Made by a program: the position numbers and the translations under genes. From Dicyema japonicum (taxonomy: Eukaryota > Animalia > Dicyemida): DNA of 64,000 nt. The notes under the pieces are model-generated. The model was not told where the DNA came from, ran no database searches, and saw nothing but the letters and a program-made list of their open reading frames with translations. This document shows, one piece after another, positions 12,432-26,349 of the stretch. The stretch lies in assembly GCA_011109175.1 (NCBI GenBank), contig RDEW01000006.1:5612-69611 (forward strand), read 5' to 3'. Within the stretch, counting starts at the first letter, position 1. The number at the start of each line of letters is the position of its first letter.

Positions 12432-14511
12432 GCAATCATTAATATAAAACATACTCTGCCTTTTATAATCATCGACACTAAACAAATAATCATACAAACT
12501 AACGCGTTCAATTATACTCACATATCTTTCCAACAATAACTACGTTATGCTACAAAAATGTCTTCGACAATGGAGTTCCTTGACATGTAAATGATATACT
12601 ACACAATTTTAGAATTCACTATGCAATCAAAGAGCTTTTACTGTAGTAATATTGTAATCGTTGTTTTTTAAATATTGTTTCTTCGTAGATTTATTCAAAA
12701 TTTTTAAATGCCAACAGAAGATTAAAAACGTGTATAATTCAAACTGCTATTATCTATTTACTTTTTAGATAATTGGGAATATGATTTTTGACGCTACTGA
12801 ACAAGCCGAACTTATTGATGCTCATTTTGTACGACTCTTCAACGTTGACGAGAAAAGGTTGACCTAATCACTGGTATTCCAGGAAATCTTGTAAATGAAA
12901 TCACGGTGGGAGAAGTTATGAAAGCAATAGAGAGACTAAAGTGCAATCACTCGTCAGGATTGAATAGCATAAGTGCTGAGTTACTAAGTACGGCCCAAAA
13001 CCCTAATGAAATCGTGGCCGAAGTTTTAAACGAAATGTTTGAAACCTTGATAGAAGTTTTATTGTCGAACATAAAACTGACGGTACGAGTTGGAGTAAGT
13101 CGTTCAGAAATTTTTAGACGACTGTGGGTAGTACCCCCAGGGGGACTCCCATTCCACTTTGCTGTTTTCTGGTATACCTGGAGGCAGCACTGCGTGGTCT
13201 TAAAAGTTTTTATAATGACCAAATTACCGATATTGTATACGCTATGATGTAGATTTCGTATGTAAAGATAAATCAGTCTTGAAGCGGTTACTCTACGTTG
13301 CCTCTGCAGACCTTGGGAAATAGTTTCTTACGGTAAATACAAACTAAAACACAAATTGTGAAAATCGTACGCATGGGATCAAGATTGGAAGAGGGATGGA
13401 GACGTTCCAGAAAGCTCAGCTTCCTCTTCAGGGACAGTTGAGGACATTAACCGGAAGAAAGTACTATCGAGGTCAAAATAACAGGATGAAGACGGATTGA
13501 TTGTCTAACAGACCGGAACGATCGTACTTCGTTTGCGCCTCTGCAATGCTTTCGTGAAGCCGGTCCTGCTATTATATTCTTCCTACTGCGGACCTAGGTC
13601 TCGAAACTAAAAATCTAACTCCTTCCACCGAAGGCAATTACGAATACTAGGCAGGATACAATGGCCGACACGGATCAACAGTGAGGCACTATACCGAAAG
13701 TGCTCAACGAGAACTGTGACTTGGGATGTCGTGGAGACACGATGGAGACTGTTTGGACACATCCTACAGATGGACCCCACATCACTTGCAAATCTGGCAA
13801 TGGAGGAATATTTCGCTGCAACTGGAAAGACATATCGGGGTGCCTGCGTACTACGCTACCGGAGGTGCTGGATGAAGATCTTATCAATCAACTAGAGGCT
13901 CGTAAGTTGGAAGGATCTGGATGCTATGAGAGGTTTGGCCTGTAACAGGAGAGGGTGGACAAGATTCATCCGAAAAATCGTTTTAAGTGCCGCACGTGGG
14001 GAAATACAACAATTATGTTTCTACAATAGTTCTTATAATAATAATTGTGTGGGTTCAAGAAAGGAGCATCGGCCTGTTATTGAGTGATGGGATCGGACTA
14101 TAGTTAGTTTGGTAGCGAAATTGATAAATAAAAATATCAAAATCATTAATAAACAAAAGAGACAAATCAGACACCAGCTAGCAATATACAGTAAGCATTG
14201 GCGCGAGAATGGAAATTTGTTTTGTTCCGATACAAAAATTTGTTCTTCAGATACTTCGGTAAACTGCGTAATCGCTGTAATTGGAAGAGGTGGAACACTA
14301 GTAGGGCGAAGATTCATAATTTGTAGATTATGTAAGGTAATTCAATGAAGTGTTTGGAATTTTATATCCCGTTTTCAAGAGTTTGGTACTTAGAGTGAGA
14401 CAAAACTGAAGAAAACTCTGATTTTATAATGAGATGATTATACCTGACAGCTTATGTAAAATGAATGTAATCAAAGGATAATAAACATGGCCAGTTTATT
14501 TAACAAAAATG
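12432..14511 (+). repeat. Composite duplication, copy 2
   Basis: See 5823-8049. This copy lacks about 6460-6828 but keeps the RTE C-terminus. Confidence 0.9.
12781..14010 (+). mobile_element. Degenerate RTE-clade LINE, second copy
   Basis: Same motifs, plus LRLRLCNAFVKPVLL..FHRRQLRILGRIQWPTRINSEALYRKC..RWRLFGHILQMD. Confidence 0.85.
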
Positions 14512-14512
14512 N

Positions 14513-15056
14513 ATAATTTGTCTAAATGGCAGTGAAAGACCAAAAATTAAGTTTAAAGATAATAAACTCTATGTTACAGATGATTGGAGTAATCATAACC
14601 TGGCCTCACCAATTTCTAGGAAACCAGCGGATATCAGGGAGGACACGTCAAAAGCAGGTCACTTTAGGCTTTGTAGATAAATATTCAATAAGTTCTGAAA
14701 TTTATAAAAAAAAAATGAATTTTCTTGTCAGTTCAAAGAGGTTGAAAAAAGAACGGAGGACATCTTTCTATCATCTGATTAAGATGTATATTATATAGAG
14801 AAGAGTAATGTTCACGGTATAGACGTGTCAGGTTTACCTCGATCCCTATCGAAAGAGAAGATTTTGATTGAAGGAGAGGAATCATTTGTGGTTAAAAGTG
14901 AGTAAGCCGTGTAAAAACAGATTAAAAGTGACGGCGACAAAAAGGATCACTGTTACATTTTGCTAGAGGGGAACTTCAAGACTTTCTTGAGGCATTTGAT
15001 ATGACCAATTCTCTCTGTATCTCAGGAAGTTACCAATTCATCTTTTGTAATATTCT
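14513..15056 (+). repeat. ~540-bp near-identical direct repeat (second copy 21112-21651), unknown origin
   Basis: Only a few substitutions between copies. Copy 1 starts immediately after a single N. Confidence 0.9.
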
Positions 15057-15411
15057 CTACAATGCTTTCGTGAACACAAAAATCAATCAAAAACGATCCC
15101 CGCCTACATAATCGACGTTAAGTTTCCTCTCGCAATCACAGCAGAGATCAACTAGAGTCTCAAGTACGTTGTAGCTTTTTAGTGTAGCAAGGCGTCCAAA
15201 TTTCTTTTAAAAACGAAGCGCTTTCCCGCTTAGACAATGTACCGCGCTCCGACAATGTTGGAGGGGCAAAGGGGGTCGACGCAAGTAGCAACCCATATCA
15301 AAGGTTTTACTCATTTGCTCAATCGAATTTTTTTAATCTCAAAGGAAGGAATATAAGAATTAATCTTTTATCGAAAACATTCAACAGAAAACCATTAACT
15401 TGCTTGTCAGT

Positions 15412-15608
15412 GTGACAGAAATAGAATAATTCGGATAAATAATATCCAAATAACATAGATCTATTAATAAAATTTGACAATATCGATTATCCCTGATTGT
15501 CTGTCACTTTTGACAGAAATAGAATAATTCGGATAAATAATATCCAAATAACTTAGACTTATTAATAAAATTTGACAATATCGATTATCCCTGATTGTCT
15601 GTCACTTT
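15412..15608. repeat. Tandem duplication, 2 x 98 bp
   Basis: Unit TGACAGAAATAGAATAATTCGG...CCCTGATTGTCTGTCACTTT at 15413 and 15511. Confidence 0.9.
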
Positions 15609-16236
15609 TTGTTTGCAAAAGCGACACGCTTTCTAATCGTCAAATACATGATAATATGGTTATTTAACTAACTACGGCCTCACAAACTTGTAGGAGCCCT
15701 GCAGCTATTAAATAAGACGCAGTAAATGCCGGTCGCTACCATAGATTGGTCAGTCCTGGCAATGTAGACAAACGTTGTTATAATTCATGACATTCAAATG
15801 TATGATTTTTTGTCCACTCGGAGATGTTTAAATATTGTTGTGTTAACTTAACTCGAATATTAAACATAATTAAGATTAAATTACATTAATCACACACAGA
15901 AGATTTCTGTGAACGCTGTTTAATTTTTGAGCTCCTGGTTAGTTAGTCAATGGGGTAACTGTCAAGGGGGTACTTTATGAATTAGATTGATTGTTTCTTA
16001 GTGTAATAAATAAACTGTCAATCATGGCAAATTTAATCTCTAAAGACTCCCAACCAACAGACAGTATACAGTCACTGATGAATCTCGAGAGACATTGAAT
16101 TCTAAGTTAGTTGTTATTTCAAGCTTTCCATTAGGGTCTGCAGACTTTGAGCACGCAATGGAAGTTACCCCTTTAATCTTATGAGTAGTTCACTCTTTGG
16201 AATGTGACGTTTATAGTAAAATAAACAATAGATTGC

Positions 16237-16267
16237 CCAGTGCCAGGCTGGCAAGAAAAAGGATCAT
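16237..16267 (+). ncRNA. 3' half of HDV-like element plus shared leader
   Basis: CCAGTGCCAGGCTGGCAAGAAAAAGGATCAT followed by the same ~75-nt leader as the 5682 copy. Confidence 0.55.
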
Positions 16268-16374
16268 TTGCTCTCCCCCACTCCACTGGAGAAGATTCCA
16301 CAACTGCAAGTATGGACGTTTTTTACCTTTTATGTTGATTCCAAATGGACTCTGTTTCTGTAGAAACTGAATAC

Positions 16375-16600
16375 ACTTAATTAGTTGTCTACTTTAACTT
16401 CTTTCTCGATGTTTCCTGGGTTAATAAATAATAAAGATTGTCGAAAGTTTTAATGATCAAACAAGAATTCATTGTTAAGCGAAAGCAACTTAATTAGTTG
16501 TCTACTTTAACTTCTTTCTCGATGTTTCCTGGGTTAATAAATAATAAAAATTGTCGAAAGTTTTAATGATCAAACAAGAATTCATTGTTAAGCGCAAGCA
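16375..16600. repeat. Tandem duplication, 2 x 113 bp, containing a LINE-like 3' tail
   Basis: ACTTAATTAGTTGTCTAC...CTGGGTTAATAAATAATAAA...GTTAAGCG at 16375 and 16488. Confidence 0.9.
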
Positions 16601-17503
16601 AATTTCTTAACGTTCCTCCGGCATGCTTCAGCATAAACGTCGGCTAGGTAGCAGTAGGGGTCTTCAGTTAATCCTATATCCGAGCAACTTTTTTCATTAT
16701 CAACTAATATTTGAAAAAAATATGTATTAACTTTTTGGTAAAAACATAACCAGTAAAAGGAATAGCAGTTGCATTTGTTAGCTGTCTCGTCGTCAGAACG
16801 TTTCCAATTTTACCACATTGATAAACATTTCAACCAAGCATTTGTTGATTAATTTCTAGTCGTCTTGAAGCTGACCTCCAGCATCATATTGCTCTCAAGG
16901 AACTCTTTATTTTTCAAAAACATATCTTAATTTGATTTCAGATTAATTCGGTCATTTAGATCATTAAGAAAATGTCCTTCAAATCGTCCACAGATCCAGA
17001 AATAAGAGAAGTGGTAAAGTCAGAATAAACCAATGGCATCCACATTTAGTTGCGAATAATATTAAGAATACTAATAGCATCTATAGTCATCAAATGTATA
17101 ATTAAACTTACTTTAACGGTTGACCTAATTTTACGGTCAAGGAGAAATATGACCTATTTTTACTTTCAAGTAAAAAAGAACATCGGAGCTTAAAAATCTT
17201 TTAGTCCTAATAGATCAATATGTAGCCAAAATTGCACAAAAAATTTATTTTGTCGTCAAACAATTACCTTATTCGATTTTTTAATATTTCACATAAAATC
17301 AATTCGAGAGAGCGAATGTTGGTCATTTGTTACTAGAACAATATTATCTATTTGATTCTAAAGAAGGCAAAAGATTCTCCCATCATACTCAGGCTAACTA
17401 CTTCATACAGCTTTGTGTTAACTTCACATCTAATAATAATAATAATTTTCACGACAGCCATAGTATTTTATAGCTCCGCATAGGCAGGACACACACTTTA
17501 ATT

Positions 17504-17673
17504 AAGTAAAGAACAGTTAATTTTAACTAATCGTAGAACCAAGTAATGATCTTCACTTCTTTTTTCTTTTTCTTGTGTAGTGTCCTTTCTATCCAGTTCC
17601 GCAGTGAGTATTCACTGATGACGCGTCACTCGTCAAACCATTTCTGCATCGTAGATGCGTGGAACCTTCCACC
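17504..17673 (-). mobile_element. SINE copy lacking the tRNA head
   Basis: Reverse complement matches the SINE body and 3' end at about 3232-3420. Confidence 0.85.
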
Positions 17674-18142
17674 ATGTGAATTTCATTTACCTTTCTTGTC
17701 TAAAAGAATTCATCATACTTCTAAACCAAAATCCAGGTCATCCGCATATCTTAGTTCCAAATAGAAGTAGGACAATTTTTAGCTCTCAGATTACGAAAAG
17801 AGCTTTCAGATAGACAACAAAATTATTGGTTATTGTGAGTCAACTTCTGAAGTGTCAATGTGCGTAGCCTCTCTTCAGATTCACTTAAAAATTTTTGCGC
17901 AAATTGACCTGTAATTAAACATTATTCAAAAGGTATTAAACTTTTTGAAACAATTTTTAAACATTTTGATAAGGTTACTAAACATTAAGGCATTTTAGAC
18001 ATTTTGACAAATTTATTAAATTTTATGGTAAAATTATTAAACAAATCGGAAAACCATGTAAATTGTGTGAATTTAATTAAATTATTTTTTAATTTTATTA
18101 ATAATTAATCCAACACTTTATTTAATAAAATTATAATTAATT

Positions 18143-20560
18143 ATGACGACTGTATTTCATGTAGTAATTTTTATTTCTTGTGGTTATCGTATATTCATTA
18201 TTTTGGTATTTAATCTCATAGATGTTCACTTTTCGTGTTAAACTTGTCATTCGATATTTTGACATCACAGGATTTATGCAAAAACGATTCAATAAGAAAT
18301 AGAGCTCTGTATTAAATATAAATTATTAAGATATTGGATTAATTGTACATATTCGATAACTGGCCTACCAGAATTTTATGTAGCTGCATTAATTGTTCAA
18401 AATATTGAATTTGAACCTGATGTCATCTTTTCATTATTGGGAATGAAGTTAGTTGAATTGTAATTATTATTATATATTCATAGTCGATGTGGTAAGAATG
18501 ATGAAAGTTTAAAATCTGTAGACAACCAAACATTCCCACCTACCATTAAGATCTTGTTACATATTTTTTTAAAATTATAGAATTTTGATTACTGTAATTC
18601 CCTCAAATTCATATCGATCGAATTTGCGGAAAATTTATCATTACTTGAATTATGTACATTTTTTATAATTAATGTAGACTTTCCTCGAGGAATAAATGTT
18701 ATTCAAATTTTTAAAATACTTCCAACTTTTAATTTAAATGAGTATTTTTAATAATAATAATATAGTGTTATCGTTTGTTCGATTCATTCGGAAATCCAGA
18801 GGCGTATGATATTATATTTAGTATAGATATAAAGAAATACTAATAGAGGATTATATCTCAAAGATAATAAATTGTATATGTTAGAAAATAATATATTTAG
18901 AAAAACGGCAGGCCGACAAGTGAATTACGTAATTAATAATGTTATTTCAGTCTGCAGTGCCAATAAAAACAAGTATAATGTACTTGGAACTTGCGGAGTT
19001 CAATTTAACATTTAACTAACTTAATCGTTCATTTTTCTGGGATATAAAATTGGTGTTAATTAATTCAAATTTATTATGATTTAATTATTATCCTGGTTGG
19101 ACAACTGAATCATAGAGCTATACTTTTGTCTCTAAAAGAATAATTTCACTTAAAAAACGATTACAGAAGGAATCGACTTTGATAGATATTAAAGAACTGA
19201 CGGTTTTTCTCTGATTTATGCAGAACAACTAATAAATCAATATATATGACTTAAATCAAACTTGCAAAAATACGGAGGGATCTTATGCTTGTGAGTGCTC
19301 AAAGGGTACTGTCGATATTAATGGCAAATGTGTCGGTAAACAAGTTTCTAATGAATTTGAGATATAAATGAATGTGAGGATCCTAAAATCTGCTCTTCAA
19401 ATAGTCGTTGTCGAATTGATTATGAAGACTTTTTCTGCATTTGCAAAGGTGGATGCGTAAAACACAAAAGTTCGTGAACGGTTCCTGTTTTTGAGCATTT
19501 TAGATGTCGACGAGTGCAAAAATAATCCATGCCAACAGAATTGTGTAATTACAGATGGTCATACTATTGCTATTGTTTTGTGTGATTCTTTAAGGACCTT
19601 ACAAGTAATCAGCATGTTGGTAGAAATGAATTTGATTGCAAGATATAAACGAGTGCTTTATGGGGTTTTTAAGTGCCAGTAACAAGAATAATGTTTGTAG
19701 GTAACTTTACTGTGCTCATATAAATTACCAATTTCATGATATTATATATCACAAAAAGCATATGCGAGTCGACGTAGCGAAATGTTGAGTAAATTAGATC
19801 TGCCTTAGTAATGGTAGCTCGTAACTCTGCGATTGTAAGGACGGATATGAAGAATATACTGTCGGTGACAAGACACTGTGCACTGGTTGGTTAATCATGA
19901 ATATCAAGCACAAAATCTTCCGTATAAGTTTCAGCTTTGTGATCTCGTTAATAGACTCTGTGTTAACTATGAGTTCTTGTACGGTTGTACTGTAAATCCG
20001 GCTTTTACGGAAACGGGTATCATTGTTACGGTTTGTGTTGGGAATTAAGATCAACGAGCGTCTTGATAATACATTAAAATCGTGCAATTAAAATCATGAC
20101 ATTTGCGTCAATAAAATGGGCGGCAATGAATGTGTATGTAAGCACGGATTTAAGCGAAGTTTCAATGGCTAATATGAAGGAGATCTTATTCATTTAAATT
20201 TCAGATTTTAACGAATGCATTTGCTACCACAATTGCTCAGAAATTTGCGTTAACAAATAATTAGTACACAGTTCTAATGGTGTTAGTTACTTAAAGAGAT
20301 GTCCTTGAAACAAAAATCTATGTCAGATTTGTGGGAACCTCTCAAAGGAATGACCTATTCGATTGGAGGAAAGCAAATGATCCTGATAATCCCCTGAGAC
20401 AGGTTGATTTTCATTTGAGTTCTTCAGGTTTTATAATAATTTAGTTATAAATTGAGAATTATTACTATTAAAAAATGAAAAGATTAATTCGTTGATTCAA
20501 AATATTCGTGTTGACCTAAGCCATGAAGTCAAAACTCTGGAAGAAGAATTCCTTTTTGAA
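18143..20560 (+). pseudogene. Secreted/membrane multi-cbEGF protein pseudogene with micro-introns (N-terminal part possibly CUB-like)
   Basis: Spliced reading: CKNTEGSYACECSKG..KCV-D-INECEDPKIC..RC..FFCICKGG; DVDECKNNPCQQNC; DINECF; CDCKDGY; CVNKMGGNECVCKHGF; DFNEC. Phase-1 GT-AG introns at 19336-19361 and 19620-19642. Further introns at 18460-18483, 18556-18580, 18654-18677, 18742-18765, 18874-18900, 18929-18950. TGA/TAA stops and frameshifts present. Confidence 0.8.
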
Positions 20561-23500
20561 TCCTTGTTGTTGTAACCGCGATTGATAATGGTGAGCACGT
20601 AACGTTGGAAGTGACATCAAGTAGGTAGCTCTTCTAGGATAAAAGAGACATGAAAATACGTCGATTTTGCACTCATAATTTTAATTATCGATTTTAATTC
20701 TTGTTGACTAGAAAAGGATGTTTTAAGAATGACACATTTTTTAGTTTATGATTTATAAGTTGGGCTATTTTATGACAGCCTGATAGTTAATAAAAATCCA
20801 TACTATTTAGATTCAACGTGACTAACATCGTAAAAAAACTGTATGACCATTTATAGAGAAAAGTGGAAGTCATGGGCATCATTTATTGTAACGGGAACTC
20901 AGAGTTAGAGTCTTCAGTTATCTACGTTATCCTAGACCCAAAGGTCAAAGTGATCAATTAGTTCCAATCTTCAAGCCCACCAATTTCCGCAATTGTGGGA
21001 ACTCCTCCAGTAAAGTTCGGAAGAGGAAAGTAAAATCTAGAAAAGGGCGTAAAGTAGTTGAACGTTGGATAAATTAGGGAAAACGATTGTTACCAAACAA
21101 TCTGGAAAATCATAATTTGTCTAAATGGCAGTGAAAGACCAAAAATTAAATTTAAAGATAATAAACTCTATGTTACAGATGATTGGAGTAATCATAACCT
21201 GGCCTCACCAATTTCTAGGAAACCAGCGATATCAGGGAGGACACGTCAAAAGCAGGTCACTTTAGGCTTTGTAGATAAATATTCAATAAGTTCTGAAATT
21301 TATAAAAAAATAAATTTTCTTGTCAGTTCAAAGAGGTTGAAAAAAGAACGGAGGACATCTTTCTATCATCTGATTAAGATGTATATTATATAGAGAAGAG
21401 TAATGTTTACGGTATAGACGTGTCAGGTTTACCTCGATCCCTATCGAAAGAGAAGATTTTGATTGAAGGAGAGGAATCATTTGTGGTTAAAAGTGAGTAA
21501 GCCGTGTAAAAACAGATTAAAAGTGACGGCGACAAAAAGGATCACTGTTACATTCTGCTAGAGGGGAACTTCAAGACTTTCTTGAAGCATTTGATATGAC
21601 CAATTCTCTCTGTATCTCAGGAAGTTACCAATTCATCTTTTGTAATATTCTTGTACTTTCATTCGTCACAGGCTTCGAGGTCTATTGTATATTTGATAAC
21701 TTCTAAATGATAAAGATAAAATTATGATTGCTGGATTAATTCGGTGCATAAAAGATAAGAGCGAAAGGATCCAAATTTTAAGAATAATTATGGGTATTCC
21801 GTCAGATCCACAGGAATTGGTTTTATATTATTTTCGACGTCAATTATATTGGTAGAGAAAATGTCTTCGTTTTTTTAAAGTCTTAATTTCTTCAGAGGAA
21901 TTTAACTATTTTATTATTTTGCTGAGTTCATTTCTAATATTGTCTTGTTCATTCCTAGTCCTACCTTGTCAAAATATCGTCGATCTATTAAAGATTTGTC
22001 AATGAAGTATATTCCAACTTAAATGAGTTGTGGCGATTTCGGAAAAAAGGTCAATTTACATCAGCATCAATTTGCCAGGGGATGTTGAAAATTAAAGGTT
22101 TTCCAGGTTTGCCGATATGAAGTCCACTATATAGTCGGTAATTTATTTTTTAAAAATTAATAAAATTTTTAATAATCTAAAAAATAAATAGATAATAGCA
22201 GTTGAATTATACACGTTTTTATTCTTCTGTTGGCATTGGAGGCATTTTGAATAAATCTAATAAAGAAACAATATTCAAAAAAACGAATTACAATCACAAT
22301 CTCTCTTTGATGTATCATTGCATAGTTTAATCTCGTGGTGGATATCATATCGTGAACGTAGACACTTTGACCGAAATTACGCTAACTTGTGTGAAAGAGT
22401 ACAACTGGTTTAGGACATAATATAGCTTCTAATTGTTTCAACCTTTACATTCCTTCCGATAAAGTAAACGTTTGGATCACTGGTTGTATTCTTTCTCATC
22501 TTGAGTTATTTACAAACCAGTTGCGAAATCTACGACCTTATGGAATGGTCTTTAAATTTGAACGAGATGTAGACAAAGGATTAACTATAATTATATTCAA
22601 GTCTTTTTTCCTAATGGCTGACCGATTTGTTGAATTCCACACAGGGAATGGATTGTTTCACAGAATGGAAATTTGACATCAGGATGTGACTTTTCATTTA
22701 TCCACGAGGATCGGAATTGTTGATTCATTCCTGTTCTTCTTTATTTCATGCTACATCTAAAACGTGAGGACAAGCTTTCTTCCGTTTGTGAGTGATAATC
22801 ATTAAGTGCAACCGATAAAATGTATTGGGTAGCACAACTCACATCGATTGATTCATCGATGGACTTCAAATCCCTCAGGATTTTTATATTTGTCTAAGGT
22901 TTTTGATCATTTTATTGTAAGGGAAGACTGTGTGTAATATTGAGGGGGATGTCCTATTTAGCTGTCTCATTCGGTACTTCAACTCAGCTGTGTTCTGCCC
23001 CTGAAGTTGATAATGTAGTCATTAAACTGAACCAGGATGACCGTTCCTCTATTTTGTTACTAGCCCCGACATGACGATTAAACGCAGTAATCCAAAGAAT
23101 GCTATGCACGAGAAACTATATTCTAAGATTTCCATGCTCCCTGAGGTATATTATTCTTTTATTCTTAGGCTATGAGTGGGATTTCCTAATTGAAGATGAA
23201 GAGCAGAGGAAAAGGGAAGAGGAGGACGTGAACAATCTTTAGATGAAGAGTCTGAAACAGTTTCTGAGTCGAAAGCAGTTTTTCAGTTTATTCTGATGGT
23301 GTGACAGGTGCAAATTAAATTGAGACTAAATGAGAAATTATGGAGAAACGGCTTGAGAATCTCTGTGGGATTGTTTGCACAAATGTTGAGTGAGGATTGA
23401 CGAATTCTTTTATGCTTGTGAGCATCACAGGCAAGAAAGTAAGAATGCTAGACGGTCAGCTAATGGATCACCTGTCAATTTAATACCATTGACATAAATC

Positions 23501-26084
23501 CACTGTTTATCTCTGGTCGTCTCATATTAATCACGCAGTCTGGTTAATTAATTTAATACTTATTTATTTTTAAAAATTGTTTTACAGTATGGCGAACCTT
23601 TCAAAATCTATATATTATTTGGCATGCGCTAGCACGTTCTTGTTGGTTTTATGTGGTATTGTATCTATTAGTGTGATTTTCTTCAATAGTATATAATTGG
23701 ATTCATCAAGTAGTGTCGAAGGCCGTTATTAAAATGTTTATATATATTTTTAAATTTTGGTAACCTATAAATATGGATAATTTTTCACTATTTGATTTCT
23801 TCATTTTTATATTCTATTGGCTATGTGTGTCTTCCAGACTATTCAATCCCGAATTGTTATGTCGTCGTATCATGTCAAGATTATTTTCACGATTAATATG
23901 TCTCATTGGCCACGTAATACTAATTAAGATCCATCATGTTAACAATAAAGAATAATTTACATTGAACTAAGATTAACCTCAATTAATGTCATTATGATTT
24001 GTCAACAAGAAAGGATAATAAATTTGAGTAACTATTTCTTTAGTTTTTCATTCCTACAGTCGATATTTTTCCTTTCAGATTTTTTATCTTTATATTAATT
24101 ATTTAAAACTTTTCAACGCGACTGTAAATCAATTAATAATTTGATAAATCCAGTATATCACTCAGCAAAACCTGTTAATAATGAAAATCCTGTATATCCC
24201 TAACAAATAAACCTGAAAATATTGGATATCCTGTATACACATACAAATATACCTGAAAATATTGGATATCCTGTATAACCTTACAAATAAACCAGTAAAA
24301 TACCATGAAGTGCATGAAACTAATTTGCGTCTCCAATTTAATATTTATTCCTATCTTAATTCAATTATGTTGTTTGAATAAATAATAAAGATTATCTTTG
24401 TTAAAAATAATTGATCATACTGAGAGTTGTGATTGTTAGGCATTTGTAGTTAATTAGGTATGTTGTGGATAGAAAAGAACTTAAAACGTATTTGGATTCA
24501 CAAACGGAATGGTTTCACGAAAACTTTTAAAAATAAACTCAATCTCTCCACCTGCCAACTAATATCAAATTTCGTGGTAACTGAGAGACATGCACAAGGC
24601 CGATGTATAGCAATAAATGTGTCTATAGAGTAAGGGATCGTCCTCAAGTGAAGTGGAATGATTCCCTTGTAAGGTGCAAAGGCCATCCTCATGGGCCACC
24701 AAACCTCATTGACAGAAACGTAACTGATTTTTTTTTTTAAAATTTTATTTTGAAGAATACTTCACGACCACTTCTTTGAAAAGGTCTCCAATTTATTAAC
24801 GTTATGTATACTCCAGATGAGTAGTTCTTGATAAAGATTAGCATCGTGAATTGAATGGTTCCCTAAATCATTTTTTTCTTATTTTATTTTCCCACTACAA
24901 TCAGTAAAGATACCGATGGTTAACCTGAATGTAACACCAAAAACAATCTCTCCAGAAATCAATCTGGATCGTGTTGGCTTGGAGCGTCGCAGTCACCACG
25001 TTAATTGAGTTCATATTTATACAGAAATGATCAATAGTTCTCCCACTTTATATCATTCCTCAGATCGTAGATAAAATGATATGGAATAGTAGAAATGATG
25101 ATATCGATTGACATTAACTAAATTGAAACTTTTGGAAAATTTTTTGAATAGGAATCTGCTGAGTGTATTGAGAACTTAAAAACCGTTGGTGATTGACTGC
25201 CATCTAAATACTAATATCACAATCATCTTCATTATTTAATTTAAGTCTCACTTTCAACGTAAAATAAGAGATCTTACAAATAAAATCCATTCATGAATTC
25301 TTAATATCTCAAGGACTTCCATTATAAATTTATGATCCACATAATCAATTGTTTTTCTGATATCAACCCATGCATCAAACAGTCCATTTTTGTTAATTTT
25401 AATTAGTGATTTATTAACGAGGGCTTTTTCCTAAGACGCCTGACACCATCTCCTAGTGCCCATCTAATTTTACTATAGTAAGAAATAAAGATTCTATTTT
25501 GATCTATGAAATTTTATGATGACGAGAGAGTCCAGCAAAAACCTCAGGAAAGAAATTAAGAAATCAATCTATGGAAAAATAGGATGGCTGAGGAAGGTAT
25601 CTCCTTGAGTGTAACATCTAAAGATAATAAACATTCATCAGTGTGGATAAGGCTGTATAATTGTTGTCCACAAAGAAGACTTAAGGGTAAATATGAGTTA
25701 GTGAATATTTATTTAGAATCTTAGTGTTTTCAAAAACCTGTACTTGCTCCCGTCTAATTCCTCCGTCTGCATTAATCGAAATTCGTTGGGATTTGAATCT
25801 AATGGCGATCTACTCGAGTCAGGAAACTACACTAAAGTTAAACATGATCCCAAGGTGGCTCCTGTGAATGGAACCTCATAAAAGGCGACCTACGCGATTG
25901 AACACGATGTCGCTTAAACTGTATGAAAACTAACAACCTAATAAGAGTCTAATGTCTAATAAGAGTCTTCAAAAAATTTCTACTTTCATGTTTATTATCG
26001 ACCAGTCAATTTTCCGGCTTCCCAGCTTAGTAACCTCTGAAGAGAGGAATGCCTCAGTATTTCACTATAAATTTTAATAACGTC

Positions 26085-26345
26085 AAATATGCCAGTAAAC
26101 ATGGCAACGGATCAAAAAAAGAAGGGCGGTGTTAATTTGATTGTTGACCTTCGTGTTGCACATGCTTTGTCATGATCTTGGCATCGCGTTAGTGTCATAA
26201 TAATAATAATGCCAGTAAGCATGAGACACACCCATTACCTATTATAGGAATCCTTTAACTGAAGCAAGGAGGAATTCTTTTGGATTTCGTTGAGACATCT
26301 TTTAAGTTAAGTGGATCCCATGATGTCTATATGAGTTTAAGAAAT
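26085..26345 (+). repeat. Dispersed repeat; inverted copy at about 61905-62160
   Basis: Shared CACATGCTTTGTCATGATCTTGGCATC.CGTTAGTGTC...CTTTAACTGAAGCAAGGAGGAATTCTTTT...GTGGATCCCATGATGTCTAT. Confidence 0.85.
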
Positions 26346-26349
26346 ATTT

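Noticed and set aside
19680-20260. In-frame TAA/TAG at Gln-compatible positions in the EGF gene (and at 47327), suggesting a ciliate-type genetic code
   Set aside because: The long RTE ORFs contain many Gln residues and stay open under the standard code. The EGF region also has TGA stops and frameshifts. CAA-to-TAA decay explains the pattern.
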